This document shows positions 1-11,849 of a DNA stretch of 64,000 nt, piece after piece. Position 1 is the first letter of the stretch; each line of letters begins with the position of its first letter. The notes under the pieces are model-generated. The model saw only the letters and a list, made by a program, of their open reading frames with translations, was not told the DNA's origin and did no database searches. The position numbers and the translations under genes were made by a program. This stretch comes from Hydrolagus colliei (lineage: Eukaryota). Where the stretch lies: NCBI GenBank assembly GCA_035084275.1, contig CM068743.1:104656001-104720000 (forward strand), in the 5' to 3' direction.

Positions 1-60
1 TCCATGGAGAGAGGAAAGGGAGTCAACGTTTCGGGTCCACGACCCTTCGTCAGAACTCTA
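1..60 (-). mobile_element. Penelope-like element terminal-repeat fragment (cut by the window edge) containing a hammerhead motif
   Basis: Same sequence family as 5262-5463 and 55835-56066 (catctatggaga..gagtcaacgtttcgggtc..gacccttcgtcag). Confidence 0.65.
20..58 (-). ncRNA. Minimal type I hammerhead ribozyme motif
   Basis: Minus strand reads GAGUU-CUGACGA-A-GGGUC(GUG)GACCC-GAAA-C-GUU-GACUC: conserved core, helix II, palindromic minimal helix III, 5-bp helix I. Confidence 0.6.
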
Positions 61-130
61 CTGTTGTAGCTGAGTTGTTTCTAAAAAGCGCCCGCGTTTA
101 CGAGTGCTCGCGATATGTGAGAGCGACTAA

Positions 131-163
131 CGTGTGTGTGCATGTACGTGTGTGTGTGTGTGT
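131..163. repeat. (TG)n microsatellite, interrupted
   Basis: cgtgtgtgtg catgtacgtg tgtgtgtgtg tgt. Confidence 0.85.
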
Positions 164-654
164 AGTCTGTATGATTATAAATATACCTGGATATAAAGGA
201 AGAAATAAAACCAAGGAATGTCAGCAATGTGCAGGAGGTTAAATCAGCACTTGGAAAACAAAGATTGGCTGACGGTTCGGATGTTAATCTTCATCAGAGC
301 AGGAGAAAAAGCCATTCTGACCTTGATATCAAGGGGGATTAAACTTTAATACTTTAATCCACCCATTCCTTGCCACATTATAATAATAACCTTGCATTTG
401 ATATAGTGTATTTTTCACATCGAGCCGATTGTCCTAAAACGCTGAATAGATTTTACTGTAAGATATTGTGACTTTTATAAACAGTCACGGTTAACCATTT
501 GGACCGCAATCATTTATTACAAGCTAAACTATTCTGTCCCCAGCATATAAAGAGGGATTAATTTTCTAACCACCTTGCTAACCACCTTGCTGGTAATGAT
601 GTGACATGGCTCTCACAGGGAAATGTGCAGATTCACAAAACTCCACCAATCACA

Positions 655-1160
655 TAATAATCCTTGCATTTGATATAGTGCTTTTCACGTCTTCTAGACG
701 TCTCGCAGCACTTCACAGAGTACGCTGTAAAATGAATTGGCTGTATTTTTGTGGGTGAAACACAGCAGCCAATTGTGCACAGCAGTGTCCCACAAACAGT
801 CATGGATTGAAATGACCAATTTATTGTTTATTTTTTACAAGGGATTATTATTAGGCGTGTGGAATAAGGAAACTTGCCCAAGGTTTCGGACTGGGTCGAA
901 TTGAACCAAGGTCTCTCGCTTGCAAGGCGAGTGCTCCAATGACTGGGTTTCAAAGAGTTAATTACATTTTATTTCTGGTAAGAAGGACGGAGGAATATGG
1001 CGACAAGTATCAAGTAAATGGAGTTGAGTTTTTTCAAAATTTGACTCAAGTCTTATGGATTCATGAGTCTTCAGCAGGCTGCTTTCTCACATGAAAAAAT
1101 TTAACCAATGTCTTTCGCTTGCAAGGTGAGTGCTCGAACCACTGATATACAGGACTCCAC
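655..1160 (-). mobile_element. tRNA-derived SINE, head interrupted by a 156-bp insert
   Basis: Tail ataataatccttgcatttgatatag at 655, body to about 943, head resumes 1101-1160 (..acaggactccac). Confidence 0.85.
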
Positions 1161-1500
1161 AATGAATCCCTTGATAGTTATTGTATTATTGCAGAGCCAG
1201 GGATATGTCTGGTTCTCTAATACTGTAATCTTAAAAGAAAAGCAGGAAACATACACTTTTTGACTGGTCATTTTAAAAAAAAGTTTAAAATAATTGAATT
1301 CCCCTTTCCCTTCACATATGTACATGACTTGTAGTCAAGGGAACATTTTTTCATGTGAGAAAGCAGCCTGCTGAAGACTCATGAATCCATAAAACTTGAG
1401 TCAAATTTTGAATAAACTCAACTCCACTTACTTGATACTTGTCACCATATCGCTCCATCATTCTCACCAGAAATAAAATGTAATTAACTCTTTGAAACCC
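945..1500. repeat. 156-bp inverted repeat (arms 945-1100 and 1345-1500)
   Basis: Reverse complement of arm 1 aligns without gaps to arm 2, about 9 mismatches by manual count. Confidence 0.95.
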
Positions 1501-1988
1501 TGGTCCTATCTTCATAATGGCCTTTCATAGTAAGATATTTCACTCCTCTATTACTCTTAATGTAGATGTTTTCCCAGACGACTTACAGACTTAACTCCCC
1601 AATTCTTAATTTAATCCCATCATATTTGAGCACTTAGTGATGGTGAACAAAAAGGATGATTTCCTTTACTATGAATTATATATACTGTACTATGTATTTG
1701 TTTAATGGAATCTGACTGGTATAACTGAAAATCAGGTGATCTCAATTAAAAACAAACTTACAAAGTTGCATTCTATTTTTGGGGTCAGCCAGGTGTTTGA
1801 CACATGCAGAAACCTATCACCATGTTTAAGAATATCCAAATCAAACTGAGGTTTCCATGCATCCCATCTACACATGGAAATTTCAGAGATAGATTGTTGG
1901 AATGGAATGTGCTCTCTAGTGAAGAGCTTAATAATAACATGATGCTCTGTATTATTTTTTGCTTAAAATTATATAATTTCTTCTTTAG

Positions 1989-2080
1989 GTATGTCCTGTT
2001 CCTGTCTGCCAGGATATCAACGGATCTCCAATTTTGTTCATTCTTCCATGTCATGCAAAATATGTCCAAAAAATAGACCA
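1989..2080 (+). CDS. TMEM67: Meckelin exon 2 equivalent
   Basis: ag|(G)MSCSCLPGYQRISNFVHSSMSCKICPKNRP|gtaagt, compare human GTSCVCLPGFQMISNN..CKKCPENMK. Confidence 0.88.
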
Positions 2081-3373
2081 GTAAGTAATTGCTACAGTAC
2101 ATTACAAGTGCAGATCTATAATAATCATCCTTGCATTTGACATAGCACTTTTCACGTCTTCTAGGCATCTCAAAGCGATTCACAGAATTTACTGTAAAGT
2201 GAATTGACTGTATTTTGACTACTATTTCTTAAACATAGAATTACACTGGTAACTACAAAGTAATTGATAGTCTACAAAATTCCCCATTAATATTTTAAAT
2301 ATTTTTATGCATTTGAAGATTTAATATCTGCCACGTGTTCAATCCTTCTTATTCTGAACTCGAATTAGTCTTGGTTTGAGTTTACTAGATGCATACAGAC
2401 TAGCAGTTCTTCATTGCTCCTGATTAAATGTAATGTTTGTGTAAAGGACATTAAATACAACTAATGGTATTGCAACTTTTCAGTTTGCATTCCTATCTTG
2501 TAGGCACGTGCATGAGCCCACCAATATATCGATATCGGAAAATTTCCATTTCGACGGACCCTACCACTGATTGAATCTTGGGAGAATGTCGTAGCATGTG
2601 CAGGAATTTCCTTTCCTTCCAGCTCCCCCATGATAAAAATATGATCCAGAGACTGCAGATGTAATTTAAAACTGGATATATAATAACAAATATCTGTTGT
2701 GTATGAATGTGGTATCAAGTATTCTGCTTCTTTCTCCCCTCCCTTCCCAACTAGTTCTGGTGGTTACTCATCATTCTCTCATTGATAAAATAGAAGAGGT
2801 GGGAACTATATTTACTTCCTTCAAGCATTTACAGGGAACATTATTTTAGTTCCCTCCAACGTAGTGCTGCCTCACTTTTTGACTGATATTTGGAAATGTG
2901 GTAAACCCGGATTCTGAGTGCTGACTAGCCAGCTTTATCTATTGAAATTGACCAATTTCATTCAGGGTTATTTCGCCTGCTCGGGTCCCTACTTGACTGT
3001 TCAGCGCCTTGGGACATCCTCCCAATGTGAAAGGTGCTCTAGAAATGTAATTTTGTTGTTGTATACAAATGTAATGTTTTTGTTGTAAGGTGAGTGCTCT
3101 AACCACTGAGCTACAGGACTCCACAGTTGACATAATGCGATTAAGAACTGAGCTACTCCAAAACAAATTAAATACAGAGTGATGCAAAAATCATCCATTT
3201 TGATAAATGCTTCTCTTCCATTTTGCAAAATGCTGTGATTGCTTGTGAGCCAGAGCTTATGTTTGGTCAATACCATAAAGTGAGATAGCACTGACTTTAC
3301 TGTAGTTAGATAACAGAAGCTGTAGCACATGTAGATGGTCATTTCAATCCACAATTATCAGTGAATGTAGACA

Positions 3374-3720
3374 GTGGAGCTCCTGTGGCTCAGTGGTTAG
3401 AGCACTTGTCTTGCAAGCTGGGGAGACCAAGCTGGGGAGACCTGTTTTCGAATCCAGGCAGGTCAGGGTGAAACCTTGGGCAAGTTTCCTTACTCCACAC
3501 GCCTAATAATAATCCCTCCAAAAAAAACCACAATAGTAAAATTGGTCATTTCAATCCATGACTGTGTGTGGGACACTGCTGTGCGCATAAGGCCTGCCGC
3601 GATTCGCCCACAAATATATACAATCAATTCACTTTACAGTATATTCTGTGAAGCGCTTTGGGATGTTGATAAAATGTGGAAAGCGCTATATCAAATGCAA
3701 GGATTATTATTATTATTATA
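3374..3720 (+). mobile_element. tRNA-derived SINE, young subfamily (14-bp internal duplication)
   Basis: A box tggctcagtgg, B-box-like ttcgaatcc, caagctggggagac x2, (TTA)n tail. Confidence 0.9.
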
Positions 3721-4040
3721 TACAGTATTAATCTTATTATTGTACTGGTTCAAGTTTTAGAACGTTGTTCTCTTTCTCGCAGCATGCCTTTACAAAAAAA
3801 AGTTAAGACTTTAATTTCTTAATTAGTCTCCAAAAATAAATTTTCAATTGCAAAAGTTTGACAGTAAATTATTTTTTGAAGATCTTAAGATTCTCAACTC
3901 GAGAGAATATCATATAATGTTATGAATATTTTCTGATTGTACTTTTAAATCTTAAAATCAATCAGCATGATTAACTAAGTTTTGCTGTAATTATTGCGTA
4001 TTATTCTTTTCTTTGAGTATAATTTTTAAACATTTCTTAA

Positions 4041-4226
<186 letters not shown>

Positions 4227-4722
4227 TAAAGTCTACTTTTTCGTAGTACGGATTTTCGTAGAACTGATTAATTTTGAGATCCTCTCACTCGTCTACAGAT
4301 CCTTTTACATCCTGCACCTCCCTCTGCCATTTTTACCTCCTTTCTACCCAATTCACATTCCCTGCCTCTGCTCATCTTGCTCTGGCCTCTTGCTTATCTC
4401 TCATCCCCTTTGCTCTATCGTTGGCAACCCCACTTTTAGACATTACACTTCAAAGCTTTGAAGCTCCCTTCCTCATTCCCTCCACCTTGCGCCTTCTTCC
4501 ATTCTTTTAGATCATGACCTAAGACCTTTCTTTTCCTCCTCCCTCCCCCCAGCTCAGCATCAGGCTCCAATACTGTTAAAATCCTCTGCAAGTAGGGCGA
4601 TAGATATATAAATACAAGTTGCTGCTGTTGTTACTGAGTTATCGGAATAGATGATTCTCAAAATTTCTAACTCAAAGGATTCTATAATTTTGGGGGGATA
4701 ATCTGTGTTTTCCTTCCTTAAG

Positions 4723-4822
4723 TGGAAAGGACTATTAATGGAGAACTATTGGATGAAGCTTTGTGTGAGGTCTGCAATCGTTCTCGCCCCAACTTGTCTG
4801 TTCCAAACTTTTCAGGAGACCG
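4723..4822 (+). CDS. TMEM67: Meckelin exon 4
   Basis: VERTINGELLDEALCEVCNRSRPNLSVPNFSGDR, donor gtaagg. Confidence 0.93.
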
Positions 4823-5261
4823 GTAAGGAACTACTGCAATGATTGGTACTTGTATATTAATGTCTAGCCTCCTCCCACCCCACATTCAGATCCTGCCTAA
4901 AGACTTTCCGTTTTGATCGTGCTTATAGTCACCTCCTTAGTCCCTTCCCCTTGGCTTGTTTTCAGTCTGCTGCAGGCAAGTGCACTGGGACGCTACTCAC
5001 TTGTGAAGAGCGCGATATAAATACAAATTGTTGCTACAGTACAATACAAAATTACATTTACATAATGCCTTTCATGTTGAGAGGACGTCCCAAGGCACAG
5101 CAACTATGGTAAGTTGTTTTACCTTGTACTGAGCAATAGAACAAGAGCGCATAGCCTGCGATTGAATGGGGATAAATTCAAAACAAATCTAAAGAAACAC
5201 TATTTCAGTGAGCGAGTAGAAGGCTCTCTAGGGAGACAGACAAGGAAGCAGAAAATGTTTG

Positions 5262-5463
5262 CAAAATACTGCAGATACTGCAAATCTGAAACAAAAACAG
5301 AAGTTGTTGGGAACACTCAGCAGGTCAGGCAGCATCTATGGAGAAAGATAAGTGAATCAACATTTCTGATCAACGACCATCGAAGAGCAAAATGAGCAAG
5401 ACAAGGGGTTGTGGATCTAATGCCTAACCTGCTGAGTGTTCCCCAGCGATTTTCTGTTTTTGA
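5262..5463. mobile_element. Penelope-like terminal-repeat fragments in inverted orientation
   Basis: aaaaacagaagttgttgggaacactcagcaggtcaggca ... tgcctaacctgctgagtgttccccagcgattttctgttttt. Confidence 0.65.
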
Positions 5464-5684
5464 AGCAGAAAATATTATTTGTTTCAAGAACAAATTACCC
5501 GGATTTCTACTAGAAAATTATATCTCACGATATAGTACAGTATATATAGTTTGGGACATTATATATCAAGTGACTGCCAGGATTAGTGGAAGAAGAACTA
5601 GGTGGAGCTTTGTCTTTTTTCGCCAAGCAAATTCTTATTCTTATGTATTTAGATTAAAAATCTCATAATTGAATTTTCCATCAG

Positions 5685-5751
5685 ATGTGTCAGCTGTCAA
5701 GATACATTTGTCAATGTAACACAATCTTGTGATTGCCAGAAAAATCTTTTG
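5685..5751 (+). CDS. TMEM67: Meckelin exon 5
   Basis: CVSCQDTFVNVTQSCDCQKNLL, donor gtaagt. Confidence 0.92.
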
Positions 5752-5869
5752 GTAAGTGAAAAATATTATAAGGTTTTAATAAATGCTGTTACTACTTAAA
5801 GCTTGCTTTCTTAAACCTTCTTTCTTTATATTCGTGTAGCATCTCCAATGGATGCAAATTTACATGCTG

Positions 5870-6290
5870 TTTGGAAACAATAATTTACTTTTACGTAGTG
5901 CCTTTCACGTCTTGGGAGATTGTTCAATTCTGGCTTTGAAAGCTGGTGTGTGTGGGTAGGGAGGGGCTGGTAGGCAGGTTTGAGGGACTTTGGGATAGAG
6001 TTCCAGAGATCTGGGGAGGATTGCCTAGTTAAAGGCATACCCACTTACAGTGAGATGGTGTGGAGGTAGGTGAAGAAGGCCAGTCTGATTGGGGAAATAG
6101 GGATGCTGGAAGTTCAGGGTAGAGTGAGACTATTGAGGCACTTGAAAGTGAAAATGAGAATCTCAAATTCAATCTGCTTAGGAAGCCAGAAGAATTGAGC
6201 AAGGATGGGAATGATGGAATTGTGAAGATGACTTGGGCGATGACGTAAACTGTAGGGTTCTGGACGGTCTGTAGATTGTGTAGGGAGGAT
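5870..6290 (-). mobile_element. Degenerate L2 LINE 3' fragment
   Basis: Minus-strand PDLWNSIPKSL motif plus L2-type tail. Confidence 0.65.
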
Positions 6291-6318
6291 CTTGTGAGTT
6301 CAGTTTACAAGTAAACTA

Positions 6319-7077
6319 CCGTAGAAGCCTGTTTATCCGGCACCCTCGGGACCTGGCCAGTACCGGTTAAAGCGCCTGCCGGATATTCGGCAGAAAACCC
6401 AACGCAAAAAAATTATTAATTTAAAAAATATATATATATATTTTTAAAACATAGCATATTAATAATAGACTAAATAATCATTTATATGACAATATAAATA
6501 ATAATTATAATTATTTTACTCAAAGCGACCAGGCAGTTCAGAAAGATCTTTAAACTAGTGCAAAAGTTATACGCCTGAATGACACTGTTCTCATTGGGGG
6601 CAGAAGAGAGGAAAGCAAACGTGTTATTGAGAAAGCAGAGTGAGTGGCAGCCGCCCAGTTCAGTTAACTTTCTTTCCAAAACGCCTTACGATGCCTGTAT
6701 GTTGTGTGCAAAACGAGCATTGCAGGAATGAGTCTTTTTTATTACAATAAAAGCCAATAAATTGATCTGAAAGTTTTACTCAGGGTGGGTGTGTGTTTTG
6801 CGGCTAAATTAAATCTAAATTGATCAATTCACCCCGCTCTGCCTCTCAAAGAGTACACTCCGGAGAGTGCATTGCTTTACAGTACCGGCAGCATTCTGAG
6901 CTAGCGCCACCATCAGGCACCTAGTAGCAGCATTCCAAAATATTGACGCAACACAAAATACCCCCAAAATGCATATTTCTGGATAAATTCTGGTTTATCG
7001 AATGCGGACCTTTTTTTGCGGTGCCGGTTATACGGAAGTTATGATTGATCGGGTCATGGATAAATGGGCTTCTACTG
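6319..7077. mobile_element. Tigger/pogo-like non-autonomous DNA transposon
   Basis: Terminal inverted repeats (TIRs) ccgtagaagcctgtttatcc / ggataaatgggcttctactg, TA on both sides. Confidence 0.85.
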
Positions 7078-7169
7078 TATTATAATAATATGTTTGTAAA
7101 TTTGCACTAGAAGGGAAATTTGAATTTGTAGTCTGAAAATTATAATAGGTTGCAATTTAGCTATATTGA

Positions 7170-7540
7170 CCATAAGAATAAGGAACAGGAGTAAGCCATT
7201 TGGCCCCTCGAGCCTGCCCTGCCATTCAATAAGATTATGGCTGATCTATTAATCTAACTCTACCTGCCCATTTTATCCCCATATCCCTTAATCCCTTTAT
7301 CCATAACAAATCTATCAATTTCAGTCTTGAATGTGTTCAAGGACTGAACATCTACAGCCTTTTGGGGTAGAGAATTCCATAAATTCACTACCCTCTGAGT
7401 GAAGAAGTGTTTCCTCAACTCTGTGCAAAAAGGCTGACCCCTAATCTTAAGACTGTGACCCCTAGTTATAGTTTCTCCAACCAGGGGAAACATCTTCCAC
7501 TGTCTACTCTGTCATGCCCCTTAATAATCTTCTAGGTTTC
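7170..7540 (-). mobile_element. CR1 LINE 3' end
   Basis: TRGHSLKI..LRKHFFTQRVVNLWNSLP C-terminus, cataagaa tail. Confidence 0.92.
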
Positions 7541-7672
7541 TTTGACGGATTATCTACAATAATATGTAAAGATTAAGCTTGAATACAGTAGTAAACAATG
7601 TGATTGAGTAAAACTGAGAATCATTTACTATGTACAACAATTAATTTGGTCTAATTCTACAATTTATTTTAG

Positions 7673-7747
7673 GTTGGAGGGCTGTGTTTTCCTACTGATA
7701 CGGAAGGTTTGCCCACCTCTACTTTTATTAACATTAATTACGCCCAT
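7673..7747 (+). CDS. TMEM67: Meckelin exon 6
   Basis: VGGLCFPTDTEGLPTSTFININYAH, 75 nt, donor gtaagt. Confidence 0.88.
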
Positions 7748-8149
7748 GTAAGTAACATGAATGTTTCGTACTACCCCAAAAATTAATAATTTATTTAAGA
7801 TTTTTTGTTCTCTGATACTCCATTGAGTTCATTGTTTTACCACTAATGATTGTTTTGTGTAATAAACACTGTTGTGAAATAAATAAAGCAGTGCATCTGT
7901 CATCAGGAGTGGATTTAATGTATTAGGCAGTTAGAACACAAACTTTGAATTTTTATCCCAATGAGATTAAAATTGTTATGATCAACAACAACCAATGATT
8001 CCATGTATAAAGCATTCATGAAGAATTCTTCCCAGAGGAACATGCCTGATTTTGGATTTTTTGTTTAGAATACCATAAATCCTGTTAATTGAATACCCAA
8101 TTTGACAGTGAGAAATGATTCAATAAACTATTCTGAGAACCAAAATAGG

Positions 8150-8460
8150 AGTGGAGCGGAGGTTTCAGGGGACATGGAGGAGGCCAGACCCAGTGGAGCT
8201 TAGGCAGCGGGTGCTGGTTTGGGGAGAGAGGAGATCGGAGAGGTAGGTGGGTGCAGAGGAGTGGAGGGACTTGAAAACAAGGGTGAGGATCTTAAAATCG
8301 ATCCTCTCAGGGACAGGGAGCCAGTAAAGTCTGGCAAGGACTGGGGTAACGGGGGAGTGAAGCTTGGTGTGGGTGAGTATGCGTGCGGCAGAGTTTTGAA
8401 TTAGCTGGATTTTGTGAATTGTGGTGGAGGGTAGACCGGCGAGGAGAGCGTTGCAATAGT
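8150..8460 (-). mobile_element. L2 LINE internal fragment
   Basis: Minus strand encodes ..[29 protein letters not shown].. Confidence 0.8.
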
Positions 8461-8682
8461 AACTATAGATTAGTTGTGCACTTGGTTTAGGATTTCTAAA
8501 TTGTATTCAATAAACCAAACTACTCCATTCAATTACCTGGTATACAATGGATTGAATTGTACTGCATTGAATTTTAAATGCCATTAATCAATAAATTAAT
8601 TTATTTGTCTAACTTTTAATTTATTTGCTTGAAAGTGGGAAGCAGTATGTACTGAGACTTAACAATATATTTGTTTCCACAG

Positions 8683-8745
8683 GGTTTAAATGTGGCTTCT
8701 GCCTGGTTTGGTGAACATTTAAGAGCAGTAGCTATAGCTTGTTTG
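8683..8745 (+). CDS. TMEM67: Meckelin exon 7
   Basis: GLNVASAWFGEHLRAVAIACL, 63 nt, donor gtaagt. Confidence 0.9.
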
Positions 8746-9257
8746 GTAAGTTGTAGCATTCTAATATTTCAGAGCTTAATATTTTAAGATGAATATATAG
8801 TTGTTGTAATTGAACAAATGTTTAAAATTGCATAAGAAATATATTTTTATAAACAAAATTATGAAGTTGTTTAAGGAAAATTTTGACAAGGCAGAAGATG
8901 ATTTTTACTTTTTTTTAAACAAGTTTTGTATTGAGATTTTTGGAAAAACTAGGATGAACATTTCTTAGTGTCATTATCTTAACTAGTTGGTGCTCTGAAA
9001 CGTGTCGGGTTCTCCTCCATTAGCCTACAAGGATAACAACATGCCTGGAGAAAGTCTCAAAGCTCTTCACACAGTTGTCTAGTAGCCCGAGATGGGGGGG
9101 GTGGGGAGTGGGGGGTGGGGGGGTGAAGATGCTGCAGAGAGCTGAGGAGTGTACCATTGCTTTCACATTTAATGACTTGATAATTTTACACCCACTAGAT
9201 TTTATTCACACAGATGTCTTATTTTTTGATTGTCTTGTATCATTCCTGTTATTTTAG

Positions 9258-9446
<189 letters not shown>

Positions 9447-9740
9447 TAAGTTTTAAGAACTTGTTGGTTGATAACCAGTCTGAATTCCTACCTTAATCAT
9501 GTTAAACATATTACCTGTGCTTTTGATAGACTGCAAACCAGTGTAATAATACTGATTCAGAAACTATCTGAAGACAATTCAGCAGAGTTGAAGGATATGT
9601 GCGTTTGAGATATTAAAAATAGATATGTCAAGAACTGAACAGAAGAAAGATATTTCCTTGATCACTTATTTTAATGTTATTTAATATATTATCAGTCATA
9701 CTTTATCATCAGGATTTGCTGCATATTTATTCTCTTTTAG

Positions 9741-9846
9741 GAGAAAAAATCTTCCCTGGTTATACTACGATAACCGAATTGGTTATGCAACAATTCTTGA
9801 AAATGACCCATTTGCAACTAGTTTCCAATTTAGGAAATACTCAGAT
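9741..9846 (+). CDS. TMEM67: Meckelin exon 9
   Basis: RKNLPWLYYDNRIGYATILENDPFATSFQFRKYSD. Confidence 0.94.
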
Positions 9847-9983
9847 GTAAGTACTTATAATATACAGTACTTATAATCCTTGCATGGGTGGGTGGGAGGG
9901 TCTCAGTTGGTACATTTATGTATAAACGGACGCTCGAACAATAAATAGCTTCAAATTCTCTTTCCTATTCCCCCTACCCCAGC

Positions 9984-10370
9984 ATGGAGCTCCTGTGGCT
10001 TAGTGGTTAGAGCACTTGCCTAACAAGCATGAGACCTGTATTCGAATCCAGGCAGGTCAGGGCGAAACCTTGGGCAAGTTTCTTTACTCCACACGCCTAA
10101 TAATAATCCCTCCAAAAAAACCACAATAATAACAACAACAACGACTTTGATTTATATAGCACCCTCCAAGCCAGACGGTGTCTCTGAGCGCTTAAAATTG
10201 GTCATTTCAATCCATGGAACATTGCTGTGCGCAATTGGCTGCCACGTTTCGCCCACAAATATATACAGTCAATTCACTTTACAGTATATTCTGTGAAGCG
10301 CTTTGAGACGTCGATAAGGTGTGAGAGGCGCTATATCAAATGCAAGGATTATTATTACCATTATTATTAT
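9984..10370 (+). mobile_element. tRNA-SINE with an antisense L2 tail inserted at about 10130-10193
   Basis: SINE head, body and tail continuous except for aacaacaac..atttatatagcaccctcc..agcgctt. Confidence 0.85.
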
Positions 10371-10524
10371 TGTTTGATACAGTGCTCATACCTTCGAAAA
10401 ATCTCAAACTGTATCATGAGTAATCACAGGTAATTATTATTCATGTAGTCATTTTATTTATAGGCGAATACAATAGCTAATGTGCGCACAGTAGAATTCA
10501 TAAATAGTCATGCAGTAAATGACT

Positions 10525-10660
10525 TAGTTACTGGTCTCAGCCAATGAGTACACCTCCAACACTGCAGCTCCCCCTAGTGCTGCATTGGTTGTTAACATAA
10601 CATGCAGAGCTAGAACACATATCTCTTGATCCAGAAAAGGAAGTGCTATGACCTGACCTG
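10525..10660 (-). mobile_element. Ancient Deu-domain SINE 5' fragment
   Basis: Minus strand caatgcagcactagggggagctgcagtgttggaggtg resembles the Deu-SINE 5' body and the copy at 20597. Confidence 0.55.
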
Positions 10661-11039
10661 AAATCTCAACAATGAACTGACAAAGGTGGAAATATAATAT
10701 ACTGTTAAATTCAGTTTTAACTTTGACCTTTTTTAGTTCTGAAAAGAATTTACAGAAAGCTAGCTTCAAAATGAAGATTCATTTCAGATTTTTGCCAAAT
10801 TATGCACGTTCTATATGAATGCTATATACAATAATAGAGTAAATGTAGATCTAGGTGGAATGTCTACCCTTCATGAATTATACCTGGATATTATTTATTA
10901 GCTTCATGGAAATACTCATTGTATTGCCTTAAACTGGAAACTAGTAAATCTTTCAAGTATACTGTATTGAGATTAATACATTACCATAATTGTGCTCTCT
11001 TTTTTAATTGTTCTTTGAAAATGTTTTTCTTCTTCATAG

Positions 11040-11126
11040 ACTACAAAACTGCGTTTCATCATTGCCAAATATGATGCACAAGGACATTTTCTTAATTGGC
11101 AAAATGTAGTTGGAGGTACCTTACAG
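11040..11126 (+). CDS. TMEM67: Meckelin exon 10
   Basis: TTKLRFIIAKYDAQGHFLNWQNVVGGTLQ, 87 nt. Confidence 0.95.
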
Positions 11127-11849
11127 GTAAAATCTAATTTAAATGATAGTAACTATAGTCCAGCCATAATTATAGTGTGCATTAAATTTTAAAGCATAGT
11201 GGACACAAGTAGCTGTGCATTTGTATAGTCAGATGGCTTTTCAAACTGAAATGGCCAACTACTGGGTCTCTTCCACAATCACCTCCTGTTCACTGTGCAT
11301 GTTCAAAGCAAGAATTGATATTAGCAGTGACAATGTCCCCAAACTCTGCCATTTTAACTCAAGTTTTAAAGAAAGGAACTTTCCAGTCAACAAGTTCCCA
11401 CTGGGGACACTTTCTGCTTTGCACTTTCACAGCAAATAGGAAATTACTTTGAAAAAGACTCAATGACCCCAAACTCTGCAATTTTTAAAAATGTATCAAG
11501 GGAAACCACCAATGTCTAAGGAGTTGACAAGCTGGATGAATACAGGTCAAAACCTATATCATGCCTCATTATACCATAAGTTACAACTTTATGGATCCTA
11601 AATACTGCATTAGAATAGGCTTCACTATATTGTATATCAATATAACTTAAACTTTTTTTATTTTTATAAAATATTAATAACATAAACATTATTGCTTTTT
11701 ATTAACTTGAATGTAAAATCAGCAAGTAACGATTATTAACATACTCATACTCATTCTTTCTTTATTACCATACTCATACTCATTCTTTCTTCAAGTGTTT
11801 TATTGAAACTTATTAAACTAGGAAAAAGTTCCAATTATTAGATTGAAAT

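Noticed and set aside
1804-1988. Candidate TMEM67 exon 1 in 1-1988
   Set aside because: No signal peptide or QYFDIS.L.C..C-like motif found; exon 1 is presumably upstream of the window.
11740-11792. Short tandem micro-duplications (also 567-590 and 50630-50730)
   Set aside because: Ordinary slippage products with no sign of function.
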